This document shows positions 28,701-37,700 of a stretch of 64,000 bases of DNA, in pieces. The translations under genes were made by a program, and so were the position numbers. The DNA lies in the IMG/VR virus record IMGVR_UViG_3300033273_000208, positions 9,884-73,883 of that record; one strand, 5' to 3'. Position 1 is the stretch's first letter. The number at the start of each line of letters is the position of its first letter. Source of the stretch: a virus. Under the pieces are notes generated by a model. That model did not search any database and was not told the origin of the DNA. It saw only the letters and a list, made by a program, of their open reading frames with translations.

Positions 28701-31700
28701 CTCTGCCGCATCGAAGTTGCAGTTGATGAAGAAATCGGTTCTGGCACTATCGTTAGCGTAACCGTTACCGATCCTGGTAAGGGATATACAACTGCAAGCA
28801 TCGACGTTGATGGAATCCAAGGTATTCTTGGTCCCACGCTGACTGGTTCGGGTGCTGATTTGGATGTCATCATTCCTGATGAGGGATCTGGTGCATCGGT
28901 CTTCCTGACTGGTAAGAATATTGGTAAGATCAAGAAACTCAAGAACAATGAGTTTGGTTATGGTTACTCCCACGACTACACTCTGAAACCTGAGATCACC
29001 TTCCCGATCAACCTGCAACTCTTCAATACCTCGATTCTGTCGCAGATCACCATCACCGATCCTGGTGCTGGATACACCTCTGCTCCTGCGGTGATCATTT
29101 CTGGTGGCGGTGGTGTTGGTGCCGAGGCAGTTGCAGTCGTTAAGAACAACCGTCTGAGTGAGATCCAGATCAAGAATCCTGGTGCTGGTTACTCTTCAGA
29201 ACCCAGCGTAACTCTGAAGTCTGAGTTCAACTACGTTGTCAACCTTGACTTGAACTACCTACAGTTCAACTTCCCTCATGGCATTACTAATGGTGCTGCT
29301 ATTCAGTTCCGTGCCGATGATGTTGGTACTACTGTTGGCGAACTGCCGAAGCCCAGTTCTGCTGGTTTGACCAGTTTGGTGGTGGGTCAAACCTACTATG
29401 CGATTGCTGGAGAATCCAACTCTCTGGAAGGTGACCAACTCCGCTTTGCACTGACTCCTGCCGACGCCGAGTCTGGTAACTTTATTACATTCCTGACTCA
29501 GGGTGCTGGTCGCCAAGTCCTGCTTACCGAGGTCTTCGGTGGTAAAGCAGAGGCAGTGGTTGAAACATCCAGATTCCTGGAAGGTGAGAAAGTCTATCAA
29601 GGCGATTCTGAAGAAACCGCAACCGTTTTTGCATATGTTTCTGAGAATAATGGTTGGCAGCTTGGTCCCAAGATTCTGAAACTTATCAATGCTACTGGCA
29701 CATTTGTGGTCGGTGAGCGTGTAAATGGTTCTGTGTCTCGTGCATCTGGTGTTATCGATAACGTTTCCCTTGCTAAGGGCGTCCTGAACATCGACTCTCT
29801 GACACAAACTCCTGGTAGATTCATCGATGACGTTGGTAAACCTTCCGAAATCGTTCAGAAGATTCAAGACTCCTTCTTCTACCAGAACTTCTCTTACGTC
29901 ATTAAGTCCACGATTCCCATCAACCGTTGGCGTGAGCAAATCCTGGAGAATAACCACCCGACTGGTTTCAACATGTTCGGTCAGCTTCAACTGGCTGGTG
30001 GTAAGGATATCTCTGGTCGTAAGGTTGGTACTGAGTTCATCAAGCAGGTGAACATCAATGAGTACGCCAATGTCAACCAAATCACATCCTTCGGTGCTGC
30101 TCAACCGATCTACACAGACTTCAACAATACTGAGGTTCTGTTCCGTAAGAAGCGTTTGACCAACTCTGAGGAAATCCTCACCTCCATCGTTAAGAAACTG
30201 GACGATATTGCCGATCAGTTTGATGGCATTCAAACAGCATTCAATCTTACGGTTGAGGGTGAACAGGTCATCGTTAAGAACAACCAGTTGTTGATCACCC
30301 TGAACGGTATCATTCAGGCACCTGTCGATGCTTACGATATTGTTGGTGGTCAGATCGTCTTCAAGGAAGCACCGAAGGCACCTTCTAAGGTTGTCTATCG
30401 TGATGTGGGTCTTGAGTTCCTGACTATAACTCGTCTGAACCTGACAGATGTTTCTGGCATCTATCCCGAGATTGGATATCAGATCTCTGGTGCTTCTAGC
30501 GATGCTTACGCAACTGTAGTCGCATCTGGTACGAATACAATCGATGTGGTTGATATTACAGGTGGTCCTTTCCAGAACAACGAAAGAATCGACGTTTCTG
30601 CTCTTGGATTCAGTGCACTGATTGGTTCACAGGAAGTCCTCACACAGTCCACACTGTATGAGTTTGATGAAACTCTGGTTTGCACCAACCGCAACCGTGG
30701 CAACCCGACTGCTCAGGTTAACGCGATCAACTTGGATGAAAACGGCGATGCCAGCAGTGCAATCGTTGTAAGCAAGACAACTGGTACTGCTAAGTATGAG
30801 ACTGGCGTCTTTGACTTCCGTCTGCAGGATATCATCTACTCCACTCGCTCCAACTTGGCGGCACGTATCACATTCCTGGCACCTTACAGAGATCCCGTCA
30901 CTGACGATGTTGTTGGCGAACAGATCCTGACTGCTGGTTCTTCGTTCTATGGTCTGCTGTTTGAGCGTATTGTTAGCACCAGCTATCCGAACATCCTGTT
31001 GGATGATATTTCTAAGTCCACCATCACACCTACCGAACTCTTTGACAACGAAGAGCGTATCAACTCGTTCTTCCTTGACTTTGAAGAAGTTCGTTCCACT
31101 GAGGTAACTTATACCGATCTTAGTAGTGGAGTCTTTAGTAATGGCGATGATATCCGTAACATTAAGGTCTTCTATAACAACCCCATTTACGGTGCTGCAT
31201 ATGGAACTGCTGCACCACGTTATTACGATGCTAGAAATCGCATTTCTGCATCCAAAGATGAAATCATTGACTTTGCAACTGCAGAGATTGCAGTTGAGCA
31301 TGAAGACTTCTACTATCCTGGTCAACCTCAAACCGACTCCCGTTCTAGATTCCGTGACGGTTATCGTCTGATCATCAAGAACAAGGATTGGATTGTTGCC
31401 AAGACTTATGAGGATATGATCCTCCAGTATCCTTCTCTGGTGGTTCCGAATAGTGATAAGTGTAAGCGTGACTTGGGACATTTTGTTGATGCAGTTGCAT
31501 ACGACACCTATGCAGGTGGTAACAAGTATGCTCGCAAGTTTATCCAGATGTACTTCACAGGTCAGGGTCTTGGTTATATCAACCAGCAACTTGCAGAAAC
31601 CACTTGGGCATATGGTCGTGCAGCAACCTACATGAAGGATGCTATCACTAACCAACTGTCTGGTACTGAGACTATTGATTCTGTGTTATACACCAAGTAT

Positions 31701-34700
31701 CAAGATCTTACAGTTACCGAAGGTGGCGCTACCTATGGTGCACCTGGCACTGTCTCCAACACCGATACTGGTGCTTGTGCAGATGTTCAATCGGCAGTTG
31801 ATACTTTGGCAACAGCGATCACTGAGACGCTGCTTGGTAACCAAGACTTCGACGACATTGACGCCGAAGAACCCACATATAATACTACCGAAGAAAAATG
31901 CCGTCGTGACGTTGGTTACTTCGTTGATGGTCTTGCGTCTGACGTTGGTCAGGGTGGCAACCTGGGTGTTGTTACCTGGGCACGTTTCTACTTCGAGAAT
32001 GGAACTTTCATCAGCAACGGTGTTGCTGGCGAAGAAGCAGAAACAATCACCGCTCTGAACAAAGCACGCGATCTTGCTAAAAGAGCAATCAACAACCTTC
32101 TGTATGAAAAGGATTTGACAATCCTGTATGATCCTGCATCTTACGGTGGTTCTGCTCCTGGTCATGACTATGATGCAAACTACGCTTCTGGTACTAACCA
32201 AGATGCAAGCAACTGTGCGGACGTTCAGTCCACCATTGACACTCTGACTACGATTGCTACAACTGCAATCAACAACCAGACACTTGCAAATATCAACGCT
32301 CTGTCCTCCATCGATGATGGTTCCTTCAGAGATGGTGAGACTATTCGTGTTATCAAGGTTGCATATAAGAACAAGTCCACAGGTCTGTTTAACAGATTGG
32401 ATTCTGTTCGCGGTGTCACCTCTGGTGCAACCATGACCCTGGAGGGTGTTAACTCTGGTCTTAAGTGGTTGTTTGCTTCCAGTGCAGGTGTCAATGGAAC
32501 GTTCCAAGACGATGAGTACATCACCAACTCCACCATCACCAACCCTGGTGCTGCACAAGTTACTCAGAGTGTTCTGAATGTCAAGTCCGACTTGGCAAAC
32601 AGCACTAAGTCTCTGAAGTTTGTTGCAAACTCCTGGCTGAAGAAGGCAGAGTCCTACGATGTAGACTTCGGAACTGGCGATTTCACTCTGGAAGGATGGT
32701 TCTACCCCACTGGCATTGTTGGTCAGCAAACCCTCTTTGACTTCCGTCGTACAGCGACTGAGGGTCTCATGATTGAGATGAACAACGACACTCTCCGTGT
32801 TTATAGCGGTTCAGGTACTGTCGTTATCATTTCCAATGCGGTCTTTACTGCTAACACCTGGCACCACGTTGCAGTCGTCAGAACATCTGGCGTGATGCTC
32901 GCATTCGTGGATGGTGTTCAAGCAGGTGGTAGTGCTACCAATAGCGATGACTTCGGATGGGGTCCTTGCTACATCGGTTCCGACTTGAATGGATCTAATG
33001 GTTTCATCGGTAATGCCGATCAGGTCGCAGTCTACAAGGGATATGCCAAGTTTACTTCGGCATTCACTGCACCCACTAGCAATGACTGGGATGATGAGAG
33101 AATCGTTCTTGGTCTGAATGCTGAACAACCCTTCATCGTTTCTACTGCTGAGGTTTATGCTCAGTTCAGTGGTCAGACAGTATCGTCTGCAACTGCTAAG
33201 AGAATCGACTACGCCGATAAGCGTGTAATCGTTGAGGACATTGATCTGGGTCGTGACTCCCATCGTGATGCGGCAGATCTTATCCTCAAGAACGATAAGT
33301 GGATCTCTGAGGTTGCTGTCGGTCGCATGAAGGCGAAGTATTCTGACTTCGTGTTGCCTGGTGATGATCCCGCAACCAACATATATCAAGGCACCTACTA
33401 TTGCCTCCGCGACACCGAAGAGTACATCCTCGACGCTATCGTTAAGGATCTCAAGTATGGTGGTGATTACTATACAACCGTCGCGGCCAAGGGTTACCTG
33501 GAGAAAGATGGCAGTCTGGACTTCATCGGCAAAGAACTTCTGCAATCCCTGTACGCATGGGAGCAAGCAGGTGAACTCTGCAAGTACGTTGTTTCGACAA
33601 CTGACACAGATCTGACCGATGCATACACTGAAAGACTCCGCATTCCTCTGACTGGTTCTGCTGCAACGCAGGCAGTTCTGGATAACATCGACGCTCTGAC
33701 TCAGAACATTCTGAACATCCTTGCACCTACTGGCGACCGCTTCCGCGACGCTGGCGATGCTCTGTGGTTGAACAGAACTTACATTGCTGAGGAAGTTGTT
33801 GGTTACATTGAGAACAAGTGGGAAGTTACCATCAATGGTACCTACTACGACAAACTGCAGATCCCTGGTGGTAACAACGGTCAGGTCTGCATCCGCGACA
33901 TCAAGGAGTACATCATTCCTGCAATCATTGCTGACCTGCTCACAGGTGGTAATGCAGCAGTCAACGAAGTCATCGACTTCTACCTGAATGGTGAGCAAGA
34001 TATCCTTCACGTCAGCGAAGAACTGCTGCCGATGCTGGATGCAATCTCCTACACCAAGTATCTGTCCACCAAGGCAATCAACCAACTGCTTGTTCAGTTC
34101 GGTCAAGCACCTGATCCTGCTCAGGGTTCTACAAACTACGACGATTACTACATCGCTCAGTACACTCAGGCAGTTCCCTACATCGATCACACGGTAACCG
34201 TGGATCCTCAGGGTTATGACGCCAACCGCGCTGATAACAACCTGCTGATTGATGCAGCAGACATGATTGAAAGGAACAAGAAGCAGATTGCTTCTGAGGC
34301 AGTCATGAGAATGAATGACCTCGCTAAGTTCCAAGATCTACAAATCCCTGGCGGTCAGCAGAACTGTATCGATGATGTGGTTGGTTTCATTGAGGCACTT
34401 GTCCACGACATTCGTCTGGGTGGCAACAGCAAGGTTTTTGATGCTGCTGAACTGTACATCGAACCTGAGAACAACTCCCTCCGTCACATTGAGAGTGAAG
34501 CAGAAGCATCCATCTACGCATACAAGATGGCGAGAGACATCTGTGTTCTCGCAATGCGTAACGGATTCGGACGCGATAACATCTATGGCTATGGGTCTGG
34601 TGAGGAAAATGATCCTAGCGTTGAGTCTTACGATCAGAACCCACAATCCTCTCGCATCATTGATGCTGCAAACATCCTCGACAGAAATATCCGTTTCATT

Positions 34701-37700
34701 GCTGAGGAAGCAGTTTATCGTACAACGATCCAGTATCCTTCCCTCACCATCCCTGGTGGCAACATCAACTGTGTCCACGACATTGCAGACACCCTGAATG
34801 CAATGGTCTTCAACATGAAGTACGGTGGCAACAACATGGTTTATGACGCTGCTGAGTTCTACGTGGGTACCTCTGGTCTCCAGCACGTTGCATCTCAGTC
34901 TGCTGAGTCTGTCTACGCATTCAACCAGGCACGCGACATTGCGATTCAGGTTATGCGTGCAGTGCCCGTTATCAACACTGGTAACGAGGTTCATGGGTTT
35001 GAGCAGAAGTATTATGACGAGCTCGACTACGAACCCTACAAGTCCAAAACCCGCGACTATGTGACTCTGGATGAGGCTGCTCTGACTGGTGGCACTACTG
35101 CAAACCGCTCTCGTGCTGCTGACGCATACAACCTGATCTACAACAACGCTCGCTGGATTGCAGAAGGCACCGTCAATACCTTCGTGGCATCTAATAGTTG
35201 GACAATCCCTAACGGCACCGAATCCTGTATCGATGATACTGAGCGTATCCTGAAAGGTGTTGCATATCACGTTGCTTACGGTGGTAACTCCTATGTCTGG
35301 GATTATGCAAACGAGTATGTCCAAAATGGACACATCGGTTCTCCCCAGAACGGTTGGACGCAGGCGATCTTCAACTACATCAACAGCAATATCCTGCCCG
35401 ATGTTATCCGCAACATCCAACCCACTGCAGCAAGTTCCTGGAACGCTGCAGGTCACACGGATCTTCAGCAATACAGAGATCTCACGATCACTACTGACGT
35501 GACCCAACCCGCATGTCCTACTGAGGTTGCTGCTGCTACAACGCTGCTGTCGATCGTTACCGATGCTGTGGTGAATGGCAACATGAACCACGCAGCTCGT
35601 ACCGTTCCTCCTGGCGGTGGTGCATGTGCAAACGTTGAGTCTACAATCACAGATCTGTTTGCAATCGTCACCGATACAATCAACAACTACACCAGTCTGG
35701 GTGGCGTTCCTCGCACACTGCCTAGCATCTGGCCTCTGAAGTACACCGCAGATTCTGCTGAGCGTGATCTCACCGTCACCTACGACAGTGCTGCTACTTC
35801 CTGGGGTACCACTTGCCAGAATGTTGAAACAACCATCAACGGTCTGTTTGATATCGTTCTGCAAACCATCACAGACGCAAGTGCTGCATCGCCCAGTAAC
35901 TACCTGGATAGTATCTCTAGAACACTGCCCACAAACGGATTCACCAACACTCTGTATCAGCAATATACCTGCTACAACGTGATTGATGCTGCATGGACTC
36001 TGTTCGATCTGATGCTGGATAGTCTGGGTTCTGGTTCCTACTCAAACCGCCTGACTGCAGAGTTCATTCGTAAGAATGATCACGCGATTACTGCTCGTGC
36101 TGTGGCAGCAACCTTGGCACAGTATCCTTCGGGCGATATCCCCGATCAGGCATATGCACAGGATGTTCTTGAAGCATGTATCTACGATATTGCAACTAAC
36201 GGCAACGCAGGTGCATTCAAACTCGCAAATGAATGGTTCGATGGTGAAGGTAACTTCATCGCTTACCCAGATATTCAGAGAATCCGCCTCCTGTACTGCA
36301 TGAACAAGGTTCGTGAGTATGCGAAGGATGTGATGTTCAACTTCAATGATATTGATTGGTCTTTGTACGATGTTTGGAGTCCTGAGCAAGTTCAGGGTTA
36401 TACTCCTCGCCTGGAATGGGATCAGGAGAGCACCGAGTTCAATATGGATTCCTCGTTCAACTGCCTGGAGTTTGCTATCGAGCGTGGCACATTCCCCTCT
36501 GACAACGTGGTCACATTCGTTGCTTCCACGGACGCTCAGAACCTCACCAACTCCTATAACGAAGGACAAGACTACAACACAGACCCCGCTCTGGTTCTTC
36601 TCACTCCGACAATCGAAGTTGGTTGGGAGCGCGAAGAAAATCGCGTACGCATCAACCGTACCAACTTCTTCCGCCGTGGCGATGTTCTGAAATATGTCCT
36701 CGCTTCTGCAACTTCCCTGGACGGTGCGAACGATCAAGATTACTACTACGTTCTCAACGCAGAACCGCAGTGGTTTGAGATCTCTCGTATGTCGAAGCAC
36801 GATGCTCGCTTCCGCGACTTCACTTTCGATCTTAACAACACAGGTAACCAGCAGTTCTTCACTGCTCGTCGTGCAGGTGTTACTCGCGTTGCCAACGATT
36901 ATGGAACACGCGATATCCAGACCCCCATCTCTGCTGGATTCAACATCGCAGACGTGCTCGTGGGCACGACAACTGGTGCTTCCGCCGAAGTATCGTCTAC
37001 CTTTATCAATAACGCAAAGATTGTTAAGACCTTCAAATACTATGGTCTTGAAACGATGTCTGAGACTACCTTCATCGACGGCGAACAAGTTGTCGTGCAG
37101 GGTGCCGTCACAAACAACGGTTATGTCATGCAGCACGTCATTCCTGACGAGTTTGACAACGGTTGGATCAAACTTGAAACACTCCAAGGCACAATCTCTC
37201 AGGGAGATACCATTGAGGGCATCACATCTGGTGCAACTGCGGTTGTAACTGCAGTTGAGGAAGATCGCCTGCTTCTCAATGCCAAGACTGGTATCTTTAG
37301 TCAGGGTGACTGGTTGTTCAAGAAAGATACCGCAACCGAAGCATATATTGATGTCTTCAATGACAAGCGTGGTGTTCTTACCGCAACTGACGGTGGTCGC
37401 ATCACTATGGACGTTGAAACAATCAATAGTTCCTGGGAAACTGGCGATGTAATCTACGGTTCCATCACAGACAAGTATCTTGATCTGGTTGGTATTGATG
37501 ACCAGGGACAAGCAATCTCCGTGAACACCTACGTGCACGGTCAGAAAATCTACAAACTGTCCCTCTCTAGCGTCTCACGCGATACGGGTTACACGGGCGA
37601 CTTTGTTTCTGGTGATACCGTATATCTGCTGCAAGGCACAACCGTTGCGGTACCTGGCATTACAGCAACTGTATCCCAGTGGGATTATCGCCCCGAGGAT

